Origin: an uncultured bacterium
Lineage (GTDB): Bacteria; Krumholzibacteriota; Krumholzibacteriia; LZORAL124-64-63
DNA length: 64,000 nt
Direction of reading: 5' to 3'
Assembly (NCBI GenBank): GCA_963727525.1
Contig: CAVSGO010000007.1
Span: 1,152,001 to 1,216,000, forward strand
Shown here: positions 12,501-21,585 of the stretch, in pieces
How positions within the stretch are numbered: position 1 is the first letter of the stretch
Layout of the letters: the number at the start of each line of letters is the position of its first letter
Made by a program: the position numbers and the translations under genes
The notes under the pieces: model-generated
The model's input: only the letters and a program-made list of their open reading frames with translations
What the model was told of the DNA's origin: nothing
Database searches by the model: none

Positions 12501-14667
12501 TGGTGACGTGCACATAGGGCAACGGACTGCTGAGCGTCGCCGTGACGCTGCCCAGCCCGTTGCTCCCGTGGTTGGCGAGCTGAATCGTGAGATCCAGCGC
12601 CTCGCCGGGATTCGGCACGTCGTCACCGTTGCCGCTCGCCTCGCTCAACTGCAGCGCGCTGTAGTCGAGCGATGCGCTCACGTTGCCGATCGTCGCGGAT
12701 CCGAGGAACGGCTTGAGGTTGTGCTTGGTCACCGTGACCTGCAGCGTGCCGTCGGCGACGCCCGCCACCGACAGCACCGCCTGGCCGGCCTGGTCGGTGT
12801 ACGCCGTGGTCTGAACGTTCCCGGCCTGGTAGACGGTCACCATCGCGTCGGCCACCGGTATGCCGCCCACCATCACCGTGACGGGGATGGCATTGGCGCC
12901 ACTGGACAGGGTCGCCGGATAGCTGACCGTGGCCGCGACGGGCACGCCCGTGTAGATCTCGGTCGCGGGATCACCCATCAGGTTGTTCCACGTCGACCAG
13001 ATCGTGACGTTGCTCGGTTCGTTGACGATGAAATTCTTGTAGAGCGCAAGCTTGCCGCGGGTCAGGGCGGGACCCACGCGGTAGTCGCCCGTGTTCAAGA
13101 CGCCGTTGCACACGCCAAGGAAGATGCAGTTGTTGTAACGCGTGTGGGTATGGATGGTCGAGGTCCCGATCGCCGCGACACCGCCACCGCCGGTGTTGCG
13201 CAGGAAAGCCTCGCTCTGCGAGGTCTCGGATAGGAACGACCCCGTGCCACAGGTCATGATGACGGCGAATGGCAACTGGCGGCCGTTGGACAGGGAGTTG
13301 ATGTAGGAATTGGAGAATCCACTCATACCCCACCAGCCGCGGTACGTGAAGATCGACTCGCCCTGGTTGATCGTGTTGAACATCTGCGTCGTGAAATCAC
13401 CGCTGAAGATGGTGTCGATGCGCGTGTATTCGAGGCTCTGCAGCGACTCCTTCACGAACTGCTGGACCCAGACGGTGCTGTAGCCGGAGTTGCCGGGATC
13501 GCCCGTCAAGCCTGCCGTGGTGAACCAGCTCTGATCGCTGAGATCGGGATTGGTCTCATACTGTACGACCTTGTTCACCACGTTCGTCAGCTCCGCTGCG
13601 CTAATCACCGACAGGCGACCGATGTGGACATCCGACAGCACGTCGCCACCCTCGAGCAGGGTGTATTCGTGATCGCCCTCGCCGGAAGCGCCGGAGAGGT
13701 TCTCCTGCCAGGTCGGGATCGAGACGGAACCGGACGCGTCGCCCACCAGCGCGACGAATTCGAGGGGCGGATCGACGTTGTTGTAAATCGACTGGAGGTA
13801 GGACTTGATTGCCGTGTTCGAGGTGCCCGTCTGTGCCGTGGTCGCCAGCAGCACGTGATAGCCCTGACGGCGGCGCCAATCCAGAAGCGGCTGCGCGGCC
13901 GCCGTCACGGACGCGTTATCGGGGCAGATCATCAGGTAGGTCCCCGGTCCGACCATCGTATCGGCGTCGCGGACATAGCCGATGATCTCCTGCTCGTATA
14001 TGCGCGCAAACGATTCCGGGATGCGATGGTGCGCAATCACCGGGTCGTTGCGGGTGTCGCGACCGGCGAACGTCACGTCGACCGTCAGCTTGTGCGCCAC
14101 GGCGATGGCGCCGGTGCTCGGATCGTAGCTGACCGGTGCAAAGGTGACTGGCACGACGCGCAGGCCGTGCATCAGCGCGGGCTCCCCGAGGGCGACCGTG
14201 GCCTCGGACCGCGGCGCCGCCGCATACTGCGTCAGGTCGAGATGCAACGGGGTGTCCGCCTGGAAGGCGTCGCGCAGGGGCAAGTTGGGCGCGATGGCCA
14301 TCGGTGCCAAGGGCGTCATCTCCTTGTCGACCACGCGCAGGCGAGCACCGACGCCCGCCGGCAGAGCCACCAGGCGCGTGATGGTGGGCAGGGCGGCCTG
14401 GCCGACCTGCCCGCTGACACCGCCATCGGCCAGGGCGAGGGCCTGATAGGTACGACCGTCGATCGTCATGTCCGTGACGTCGAGGCTCGGGACGGTCAGT
14501 TCCAGAGTGAATCCATCCAGGCGCTCGGCGAGCACCTTGACGGCGGCGTCCCCCGTATCTCCCTGCGGCGACAACGATAGCGATCGTGTCGCGTCGTCAG
14601 CGGCCCAGGCCGGGGTAACGGCCACGACCAGCGTGAGGATGATCACGGCCCACTTTTGCCAGCGCAT
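9544..14667 (-). CDS. gingipain-like C25 family multidomain protein with propeptide, Ig-like modules and FlgD/T9SS-like C-terminal domain
   Basis: Signal peptide from ATG 14667 (GGAGG upstream); propeptide-like GQAALPTITRLVALP; C25 features LLDWRRRQG, LVGD, DVHIGRLS, LPFAVIMTCGTGSF, NLMGDPA; C-terminal NHPNPFNP...WQGQND.G..VASGLYFYRL...KMLLLK. Confidence 0.88.
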   Translation of the reverse strand: MRWQKWAVIILTLVVAVTPAWAADDATRSLSLSPQGDTGDAAVKVLAERLDGFTLELTVPSLDVTDMTIDGRTYQALALADGGVSGQVGQAALPTITRLVALPAGVGARLRVVDKEMTPLAPMAIAPNLPLRDAFQADTPLHLDLTQYAAAPRSEATVALGEPALMHGLRVVPVTFAPVSYDPSTGAIAVAHKLTVDVTFAGRDTRNDPVIAHHRIPESFARIYEQEIIGYVRDADTMVGPGTYLMICPDNASVTAAAQPLLDWRRRQGYHVLLATTAQTGTSNTAIKSYLQSIYNNVDPPLEFVALVGDASGSVSIPTWQENLSGASGEGDHEYTLLEGGDVLSDVHIGRLSVISAAELTNVVNKVVQYETNPDLSDQSWFTTAGLTGDPGNSGYSTVWVQQFVKESLQSLEYTRIDTIFSGDFTTQMFNTINQGESIFTYRGWWGMSGFSNSYINSLSNGRQLPFAVIMTCGTGSFLSETSQSEAFLRNTGGGGVAAIGTSTIHTHTRYNNCIFLGVCNGVLNTGDYRVGPALTRGKLALYKNFIVNEPSNVTIWSTWNNLMGDPATEIYTGVPVAATVSYPATLSSGANAIPVTVMVGGIPVADAMVTVYQAGNVQTTAYTDQAGQAVLSVAGVADGTLQVTVTKHNLKPFLGSATIGNVSASLDYSALQLSEASGNGDDVPNPGEALDLTIQLANHGSNGLGSVTATLSSPLPYVHVTTGTQAFGTIAGGASAWSQGAYAVSLDADAPGGQTISLRLDASSGAQTWTSLVDVLVTGPRGSLSRVNYSGPGGTMDPGETGNVTSDLVNTGNLASSGATATLSTTSNWVTITDDTGTFGALPIGQQVSQSDPFAVSISSDCYPGHLANFTLTLQFAEGGTSTLEFQKVIGTAVAGDPAGPDAYGYYAFDNTDSDANAPVYDWMDISAIGQNTGLSDNSSYDDDTGTFALPFTFELYGQPQTQVSICTNGWLAFGHTYQRLYRNWYLPSDGGPGNMICGFWDDLANGTVHTYNDTAQHRFIVQWTGWRAETGGGYSGNNTFQIILYDPAYHATETGDGPIEILYNSVSIYGDESTYFTVGIQNEDRTDGLTYAYGNHYAGGAATVAAGRAIRIVPIVPQIQGSLGGAITNASGGGAPIEGALVTVVGAGRQIASDASGHYEGSVPVGTWDVAVYHDSFAPDTTRNVVITEDHLTVADFNLVDIRGPYIANTTMLGNTTDTAGPYVVESNITDVTGVASRHLYYTSSTNGGPFEVPLTVVDPPSGLVHGEIPGQPVGTRVQYWLTAADVVGNDSADPVGAPWPVYSFQVADVTHILDDAMETDTGWQVNVGGGDTATTGIWTRVDPNTVYVSAGGEILVPSDDHTPTPGTLCWVTGQDSEGAVEGGDDVDNGATTLYSPVYDLSAYAGATVSYWRWFSNDTGNAPGEDAWVVQATDDGSSWVTLENTTTSNRSWVQQSFVLEDYIAMTPNVRLRFIAQDTGSGSIVEALVDDLSLDANVLIADQTPPTVALTYPNGGQTFSTSTPVNVTWNAADDIGVVDAEIAFVVGSDIYPVAEGAFAGSYSFVWNEHFAGQPGLNTGRFRVTVRDAAQHQAVDTADGDVTFDISTGVDAEIPLAVGLHQNHPNPFNPRTTITYAVPRAQEISLQIFDVQGKLVRTLVHGLQAPGTHEVTWQGQNDQGGLVASGLYFYRLTSDAGQLTRKMLLLK

Positions 14668-14749
14668 GCTTCTCGCCTCCATCTCGTTCAAGGGCACGCA
14701 GCCGCACGCTGCGGCGCGACGTCCGAGGTCGGTTGAGTTCTCGCATTTC

Positions 14750-14758
14750 ATTATAGCA
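14750..14758 (-). promoter_or_regulatory. extended -10 element for the C25 gene
   Basis: TGCTATAAT on the minus strand in an AT-rich intergenic region. Confidence 0.5.
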
Positions 14759-14896
14759 GATTGCATATTTTCAAGTACGTCCGTTTTCTTAACGATTCCG
14801 TGATTAATCCCGACAAATTGTCCTGTAGAGCGCGCATTCTGCAGGATTTGTCTCATAAATATGATTTTCGACCCATGGCGAGGGCATTCGGCGCCG

Positions 14897-14905
14897 TGCT
14901 ATACT
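14897..14905 (+). promoter_or_regulatory. extended -10 element for the beta-helix/C25/pgs operon
   Basis: TGCTATACT about 50 nt upstream of ATG 14955. Confidence 0.45.
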
Positions 14906-14954
14906 CGCCCGTACTGAAACACCGTAACCCGACGTATGCCGGAGGTTGTCGCCC

Positions 14955-16604
14955 ATGATCCGCGTTTTGACCCGACCCCTAGCCCTGCTCGTGCTTCTCG
15001 TCGCCGCCACGGCCACGGCCGGCGTGATCAACGTACCCGGCGACTACTCCCTGATCCAGGATGCCGTCATGGCCGCGGCGTCTGGCGACACGGTCCTCGT
15101 CGCCGCCGGGACCTACCACGATTGCACCCACGAGACGGAAGGGCCGGGCACCACCCCGGCCTGCGTCATCATGCGTTCGGGCGTGACGCTGCGGGGCGTG
15201 AGCCAGAGCGGCACCGTCATCGACGCCGAGGGCCTCGGCCGCGGCATCTTCGTGCAGAACGTGGCGAACTGCCGCATCGAGAACCTCACCGTCACCGGCG
15301 CCTTCGCCGACGTCTACGGGGCCGGCATCCTGGTACGCCGCGTCGGCGATACCGTCACCATGACGGACGTGACGATCGATCAGAACCTCGACGGCGGGAT
15401 CATCTGCACCAGCCACGCCGACCCGGTGCTGACCCGCGTCACGTTCACGCAGAACGTCGCCAAGCAGGGTGGTGGACTGTCGATTGAAGATACGAGTTCT
15501 GTCCAGGTCATCGACTGCATCGTCGACGACAACAGCGCCCCCTCGGCGGCGGGCGTGTTCGTGCGCAACCAGAGCGTGGCCACGCTCACCGGTTGCCAGA
15601 TCATCGACAACGTGGGCACAGCGCCCAACAGCAACTGCGGGGGCTTGTTCGTCAACGAGGCCGAGATCCACATGAGCGACTGCCTCGTCGCCGGCAACGT
15701 CAGTCTCGGCAACGGTGGCGGCATCGCCATGAGTGCCACTTCGGGCGAGATCGCCAATAGCGTGATCAGCGGCAATACCTGCAGTTCGCCCTTCACGAAG
15801 GGCGGCGGCCTCGCTTGTGAGCAGTCGTCGGTGACCCTGCGCAACCTGCTCATCGCGAACAACGCCGTCACCGGCCTGTCGGGCAAGGGCGGTGGCATAG
15901 ACGTGAGCTTCTCGCCGTCGCCGACGATCGAGCACTGCACGATCGTGGGCAACTCCTGCGAGGCCTCGGGCAGCGGCGGCGGCATCTCCTGCCAGCTCGG
16001 CGCCTCGCCGACGCTCACCAATTGCATCATCGCCGGCAGCCCCGTGGGCGAAGCGATGGTCTGCCTCATCGCCGCGAACCCCACGGTGACGGGTTGCGAC
16101 CTGTGGGGCAATGCCGGGGGCGACGCGATCTGCGGCACCGACGGCGGCTGCAACTTCTCGGCCGACCCCGTCTTCTGCGGTACGACCGGCCACGAGTACA
16201 ACATCCAGCCGGGCAGCCCCTGCGCGGCCGGCAACCATCCCGATGGCGGCGCCTGCGGTGCGAGTTACTGTGGAGCGTACGCCGTTGGCTGCGGCGACGT
16301 GGGTGTGGAGGATCTGCCGGACCCGGCCGGTCTCGTGCTGGGCAACGCGCCGAATCCGTTCAACCCACTGACCAGCATCTACTTCATCCTTGACGCGCCC
16401 GGCGACGCCGTGCTTGGTATCTACGACCTGCGTGGCCACGCGCTCCGCACCTTCCACTTCTCCCAGGTGCGCGCGGGTCAACGGCACGAGATCGTCTGGA
16501 ATGGCAAGGACGACGCCGGCCTGGACCTGCCTAGTGGTGTTTATCTCTACCGCCTGCAGGCAAACGGCCTGACCACCAGCAAGAGGATGAGTCTGATCCG
16601 ATGA
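14955..16604 (+). CDS. secreted right-handed parallel beta-helix protein with FlgD/T9SS-like C-terminal domain
   Basis: Signal peptide; VPGDYSLIQDA..GDTVLVAAGTY start; repeated GGG/N-ladder units; NFSADPVFC; C-terminal NAPNPFNP...WNGKDDAG..LPSGVYLYRL. Confidence 0.85.
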   Translation: MIRVLTRPLALLVLLVAATATAGVINVPGDYSLIQDAVMAAASGDTVLVAAGTYHDCTHETEGPGTTPACVIMRSGVTLRGVSQSGTVIDAEGLGRGIFVQNVANCRIENLTVTGAFADVYGAGILVRRVGDTVTMTDVTIDQNLDGGIICTSHADPVLTRVTFTQNVAKQGGGLSIEDTSSVQVIDCIVDDNSAPSAAGVFVRNQSVATLTGCQIIDNVGTAPNSNCGGLFVNEAEIHMSDCLVAGNVSLGNGGGIAMSATSGEIANSVISGNTCSSPFTKGGGLACEQSSVTLRNLLIANNAVTGLSGKGGGIDVSFSPSPTIEHCTIVGNSCEASGSGGGISCQLGASPTLTNCIIAGSPVGEAMVCLIAANPTVTGCDLWGNAGGDAICGTDGGCNFSADPVFCGTTGHEYNIQPGSPCAAGNHPDGGACGASYCGAYAVGCGDVGVEDLPDPAGLVLGNAPNPFNPLTSIYFILDAPGDAVLGIYDLRGHALRTFHFSQVRAGQRHEIVWNGKDDAGLDLPSGVYLYRLQANGLTTSKRMSLIR

Positions 16605-19600
16605 CGAAGTTCAGCTTGCCGGGCCTGGTTGCGGCTCTGCTCGTCCCGGTCGCCTTCGCGGCGGTCGGGACGGCCGTCGCGACCCCCGCGCCCGCGGTTC
16701 ACGCCCAGGAAACCCTCGTCACCCTGTCGCCGGAGCCGGCACAGGGCCAGCTCCCCGCGGCCCGCGGCGTCCTCGTCGCCGTGCCGGCGGACGCGCGGAC
16801 AGTCACCGCCAGCGTGGTCGGCGGCGCGGCCCGCGGCGCCCACGTCGTCGGCGACATCATGGTGATGCGCGGCGTGGCGATGGTGCTCGTCGCGGTCGAC
16901 GAGCCGGGGTCTGGACCGGTCACCGTGGCGGTACGCCACGATGGCGACTGGAGCCGGCCGTCGGCCCGCGCGCAGAACCTGGCGTTGCCGGGACTGCCGG
17001 CGATCGCGACGGGAATGCCGCCGGCCGACAAGGCGATGACCGACGTCACGGCGGCGGGCTACGTCATCGTCACCGCCCCCCAGTTCGCGAGTGCCGTGCA
17101 GCCCCTGGCCGACTGGAAACGCCGCAAGGGCCTGCACGTGACCGTCGTCACCACGAACGAGACGGGAACCTCGGCGGCCGCGATCAAGGCCTGGTTGCAG
17201 AACGCGTACGACACGTGGGATCTTCCGCCGGCCTACGTCCTGCTCGTGGGCGATGTCGACACGTTGCCCACGTACAACTACTCCGGCAACGTCACCGACC
17301 TCCCCTTCGCCTTGCTCGACGGCGACGACTTCCTGCCCGACCTCATGGTGGGCCGCTTCTCCGTCTCCAACCAGACCGAAGCGCAGACCCTGGTCGCCAA
17401 GACCGTGGCCTACGAGCGCACGCCCGACATGGGACAGCCCGACTGGTTCACCCGCGCCTTGCTGGTGGCCGGTCAGTCGGCGGCCACGACGCCGAAGCGT
17501 GTGGTGGCGTTCTGCGGCGAGCAACTCGGCACGCTCGGATTCGACCCCATCGATCCCTCGATCTCGGTGCGTGATCAGCAGGGGAACCCCATCTTCGTGC
17601 ACTACGGCAACTACATCGTCTCGCCGTACCAGCAGGACGAGGACATCGGCATCCCCGAGGGTGACGGCCCCGACATGGTGGACGAGGCCATCGACACAGG
17701 GTGCAGCTTCGTGGTCTACCGCGGCTGGGCCTACGGCCCCAACGGGTGGCAACCGCCCACCTACACCGTGGACGATATCCCCGGGCTCGCCAACGGCTCG
17801 ATGCTGCCGGTCGTCATGAGCTTCGTGTGCCTCAATGGCAACTTCGCCGCCGATATCCCCTGCTTCGGCGAGGTCTTCACGCGCCAGGGTCAGCCCACCG
17901 GTCCCTTCAAGGGTGCCGTGGCCTTCATCGGTAACGGCGAGCACTGGTCCCACACGCGTTTCAACGACGCGATGGCCATCAGCTTCTTCGAGCGCGTCGT
18001 GGATCCCGGCATCACCGACCTCGGCAGCCTGATGACCGCGGGCAAGCTGCGCTTCCTCGACTACTACCCCGGCGAGCTGCAGTCGATCGGCGTCGATCCC
18101 GAGGAGTCGGCGATCTTCTACCTGCACATCTACAACCTGCTCGGCGATCCGGAGCTGAACTTCCACAAGGCCGTCCCCACCGCGCTGACGGTGGCGCACG
18201 CGCTGGACGTGCACGCGGGCACGAGCTACCTGGCCGTGGACGTGCACGAAGCCGATGGCGTGACACCGCGTCCGGGCGCCCTGGTCGGCGTGGTGCAGGG
18301 TACGACCCTGCTCGGTAGCGCTTACGCCGGCGACGACGGTATCGCCCGCGTGGCTCTGACCACGCCGGTGAGCGCCGGCGACGACGTGACCGTCACCATC
18401 ACGCACCCCGATCGGCTGGCGGTGGAGGATGCGCTGCCGGTGACGTCGGGCGGCGCCTTCGTGGCCGTGACGGAGACCGCGATCGACGCGGGCGGCGACG
18501 CGGTGGTGAGCCCGGGCGAAACCGTCCAGGTCACCCCCACATTGCACAACGGGGGCGCCGCGGCCAGCGACGCCGCGAGCGCCACGCTCACGCTGACCGG
18601 ACCGGCCACTGTGGTGATCGGCACCACCTCGGTACCCGCCATCCCCGCCGGGGCCGACGGCACGCCCGCCCAGCCTTTCACCTTCACCGTGGCGACCGAT
18701 GCCCAGGACGGGGACACGATTCTCGGCATCGTCGAGGTGCAACGCAGCGGGGCGAGCGACTGGTCGCAGTTCACGCTACCGGTGCGCGCGCCTTCCGTGC
18801 AGATCGTCGCCGCGCAGGTCGCCGGCGGTACCGCGCAGCCCGGCGCCACGCGCGACGTGACGCTGTACCTGACCAACGCGGGAAGCGCCGCCACGGCGGG
18901 CGGCACTCTCGCCATCACCCTCGACGACCCGGTCGGCGCGACGGTATCGGGCAGTCCGCGCCCCTTCGACGCCCTCGCGGCCGCGTCGGGCGACACCGTC
19001 GCCACCACGTTCGGTCTCACCATCGACGCCGACGTGGCCGTGGGCACCGGCCTGACCTTCAACGTGGACGTCACCACCACCGAGGGCGGCACGTCCGCCA
19101 CGACGGTCGCGCTCGTGGTCGGCGACGTGGACGTGACGGCGCCGGTAGGCCCCGACGCTTACGGCTACTATGCCTACGACAGCGCCGATATCCTCTATCC
19201 CGGCCAGTCGCCCACTTACGCGTGGCAAGAACTGAGTACGGACCTGGGCGGGGACGGTACGCGGCTGCCGTTCCAGTACGACAATATCGAGACCCAGATC
19301 ACGGTGGACCTGCCATTCAGCTTCACGTACTACGGACAAGCCTTCACCAGCATCCGCGTCAGCGACAACGGTTGGATCAGCTTCGACGCCGCCGACGCCC
19401 ATTACAACTTCTACAACTGGCCCCTGCCCTCGGACGAGGGCAACGGCGCCCTGGTCGCCCCGTTCTGGGACAACCTCTCCCCCGAGCATTTCGCGGATCC
19501 AGATCAGAATCCCACGGGCCTCGAGGCCGATGGCGTGTACTACCGCTATGACATCGCTGCCGGGACGTTCACCGTGGAGTGGAGTCGCATGCGCAACTAC

Positions 19601-20407
19601 AAGGAGGAGATCGCCGACCTGCAGACCTTCCAGGTCGTGCTCACGCCGAACGGCAGCGACGACGGCGACATGCTCTTCCTCTACAAGCAGGTGGCCAACA
19701 GCGACTACCTGCGCATGTTCGCCTCGGTGGGCATCGAATCGCCCGACGAGACCATGGGGCTGCAGCTCACCTACGACAACGTGTACACCCCCGGCATGCC
19801 GGCGCTGGGCCCCGGCCTCGCGGTGCGCATCACCACGGAAGCGCCGGTGCGCGTGCCCTACACCGTGGCCGACCTCGCTGCGGTGACCGCGCCCGACGGC
19901 GTGCGGATCTCCTGGCGGACGGTGGATGAACGCCCGGTGATTGGGTGGGAGGTCCTGCGGTTGGATGGCGCCGCCCCGGCGAGCGTCACGCCCACGCTGT
20001 TGCCGGCGAGCGCCCGCAGCATCGTGGTCGCGGGCGCCGATGCGGCCGCACAGTTCGCCCTGGTGGCGCACCACCCCTACGGAGCGACCTCGCGCGTGGG
20101 CACGGTGACGGCCACCGGAACCGTGGCCAGGCTCGCCCTCGGCGCGGCCTCGCCCAATCCGCTGCGCGGCGGCGAGACGGCGATCGCCTTCGCCCTACCG
20201 CGCGCCGGTGCGGCCACGCTTCGGATCTACGACGTGCGCGGGCGCTGCGTGCGCACGCTCGTCGACGGCGACGCGACCGCCGGTGACGCGATCGTGACGT
20301 GGGACGGACGTGACGGGGCGGGCCGGGCATTGCCCGACGGCGTCTACGTCTATCGCCTGGAGGCCGCGGGTCGGACGTTGACTCGCAAGTTGCTGCTGGT
20401 GCGCTGA
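16601..20407 (+). CDS. second gingipain-like C25 family protein with FlgD/T9SS-like C-terminal domain
   Basis: LADWKRRKG, YVLLVGD, PDLMVGRF, LPVVMSFVCLNGNF, YNLLGDPEL, GPDAYGYYAYD module shared with the first C25 protein, C-terminal PNP..WDGRDGAG..LPDGVYVYRL. Confidence 0.88.
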   Translation: MTKFSLPGLVAALLVPVAFAAVGTAVATPAPAVHAQETLVTLSPEPAQGQLPAARGVLVAVPADARTVTASVVGGAARGAHVVGDIMVMRGVAMVLVAVDEPGSGPVTVAVRHDGDWSRPSARAQNLALPGLPAIATGMPPADKAMTDVTAAGYVIVTAPQFASAVQPLADWKRRKGLHVTVVTTNETGTSAAAIKAWLQNAYDTWDLPPAYVLLVGDVDTLPTYNYSGNVTDLPFALLDGDDFLPDLMVGRFSVSNQTEAQTLVAKTVAYERTPDMGQPDWFTRALLVAGQSAATTPKRVVAFCGEQLGTLGFDPIDPSISVRDQQGNPIFVHYGNYIVSPYQQDEDIGIPEGDGPDMVDEAIDTGCSFVVYRGWAYGPNGWQPPTYTVDDIPGLANGSMLPVVMSFVCLNGNFAADIPCFGEVFTRQGQPTGPFKGAVAFIGNGEHWSHTRFNDAMAISFFERVVDPGITDLGSLMTAGKLRFLDYYPGELQSIGVDPEESAIFYLHIYNLLGDPELNFHKAVPTALTVAHALDVHAGTSYLAVDVHEADGVTPRPGALVGVVQGTTLLGSAYAGDDGIARVALTTPVSAGDDVTVTITHPDRLAVEDALPVTSGGAFVAVTETAIDAGGDAVVSPGETVQVTPTLHNGGAAASDAASATLTLTGPATVVIGTTSVPAIPAGADGTPAQPFTFTVATDAQDGDTILGIVEVQRSGASDWSQFTLPVRAPSVQIVAAQVAGGTAQPGATRDVTLYLTNAGSAATAGGTLAITLDDPVGATVSGSPRPFDALAAASGDTVATTFGLTIDADVAVGTGLTFNVDVTTTEGGTSATTVALVVGDVDVTAPVGPDAYGYYAYDSADILYPGQSPTYAWQELSTDLGGDGTRLPFQYDNIETQITVDLPFSFTYYGQAFTSIRVSDNGWISFDAADAHYNFYNWPLPSDEGNGALVAPFWDNLSPEHFADPDQNPTGLEADGVYYRYDIAAGTFTVEWSRMRNYKEEIADLQTFQVVLTPNGSDDGDMLFLYKQVANSDYLRMFASVGIESPDETMGLQLTYDNVYTPGMPALGPGLAVRITTEAPVRVPYTVADLAAVTAPDGVRISWRTVDERPVIGWEVLRLDGAAPASVTPTLLPASARSIVVAGADAAAQFALVAHHPYGATSRVGTVTATGTVARLALGAASPNPLRGGETAIAFALPRAGAATLRIYDVRGRCVRTLVDGDATAGDAIVTWDGRDGAGRALPDGVYVYRLEAAGRTLTRKLLLVR

Positions 20408-20412
20408 CGACC

Positions 20413-21585
20413 ATGACCCTGATCGTGATCCTGCTGCTCCTCCTTGCCACGCTCGGCGTGTGGGAAACCGCACGCCACGCGCGGTATCGTCGGCGCATCC
20501 CCATCCGCGTGCACGTCAACGGCAGCCGCGGCAAGAGTTCGGTGACGCGCCTGATCGCCGCGGGCCTGCGTGGCGGTGGGCTACGGGTGGTGGCCAAGAC
20601 CACGGGGTCGGCAGCGGCCCTCATCCATGCCGACGGCCGCGAGACCCCGGTGGCGCGCCGCGGCGGTCCGAACATCCGCGAGCAGCTCGGCGTCATGCGG
20701 CAGGCCGTGCGCGAACGGTGCGATGCCCTCGTGATCGAGTGCATGGCCGTACGCCCCGACCTGCAGCGCACCTGCGAGCACCAGATCGTGCACGCCACTC
20801 ACGGCGTGCTGACGAACGTGCGGCCCGACCATCTCGAGGTGATGGGACCGACGATGGACGATGTCGCCGCGAGCCTGGCGAACACCATCCCCCGGCGTGC
20901 GCGGTATTTCACGGCGGAGATCGAGTTCGCGCCCTACCTGGAACGACGGGCCGCGGGGCAGGGCACATCGTTCACGCACGCCGGTGCCGATACCATCACG
21001 CCGCAGGAGATGGAAGGTTTCCGGTACGTCGAGTTCCCCGACAATGTGGCGCTGGCCCTGGCCACGTGCGTGGGCGCCGGCGTGGAACGCGAGGCCGCCC
21101 TGCGCGCGATGTACGACGTCGTGCCCGACGTGGGCGCGCTCACGCGCTGGCGCTTCATCGAGGGCACCAAGGACGTGACGTTCGTCAATGCGTTCGCAGC
21201 CAACGATCCTGTGAGCTACGTCCACGTGTGGGATCGCCTGCGCCTGGCCGACCGCAGCGACGAGGTCATCATGCTAATGAACAACCGCGGCGACCGCATG
21301 CGGCGCGCCAAGGACCTCGCGCCCCTCTTCGGCCGCGAGCTGGTGGCCGGCCGTTACGTACTGATCGGCGAGCAGACCCGCGTGCTGGCGGACATGCTAC
21401 GCCGTCAGGGGCTACCGATGGACCGCGTCGAGGACCTCGCCGGACGTCCCGCACCGGAGCTCTGGGATAAACTCGTGCAACTCGCCCCGCCGCGGTGCCT
21501 CGTGGTGGGGATCGGCAACATCGCCAACATCGGCAACGAACTGCTGGACCATCTACGGTCCCGTATGCAGCAGGAGCTGGTCTGA
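20413..21585 (+). CDS. pgsB: poly-gamma-glutamate synthase, Mur-ligase family
   Basis: N-terminal TM helix; HVNGSRGKSSVTRL, KTTGS, ECMA, TNVRPDHLEVMGPT and NAFAANDP, all characteristic of CapB/PgsB. Confidence 0.94.
   Translation: MTLIVILLLLLATLGVWETARHARYRRRIPIRVHVNGSRGKSSVTRLIAAGLRGGGLRVVAKTTGSAAALIHADGRETPVARRGGPNIREQLGVMRQAVRERCDALVIECMAVRPDLQRTCEHQIVHATHGVLTNVRPDHLEVMGPTMDDVAASLANTIPRRARYFTAEIEFAPYLERRAAGQGTSFTHAGADTITPQEMEGFRYVEFPDNVALALATCVGAGVEREAALRAMYDVVPDVGALTRWRFIEGTKDVTFVNAFAANDPVSYVHVWDRLRLADRSDEVIMLMNNRGDRMRRAKDLAPLFGRELVAGRYVLIGEQTRVLADMLRRQGLPMDRVEDLAGRPAPELWDKLVQLAPPRCLVVGIGNIANIGNELLDHLRSRMQQELV

Noticed and set aside
9631-13233. Very long antisense or alternative-frame ORFs (also 24568-28068, 33365-35707, 44246-46462, 54823-56820 and others)
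   Set aside because: Shadow ORFs expected in high-GC DNA opposite well-supported genes; they show no recognisable motifs.
14668-14856. N-terminal extension of the first C25 ORF (similar over-extensions for nadC, valS, dsbD, the SpoIIE protein and DUF1624)
   Set aside because: Downstream starts have an RBS and signal peptide or gene overlap; the extensions cover promoter DNA or neighbouring genes.
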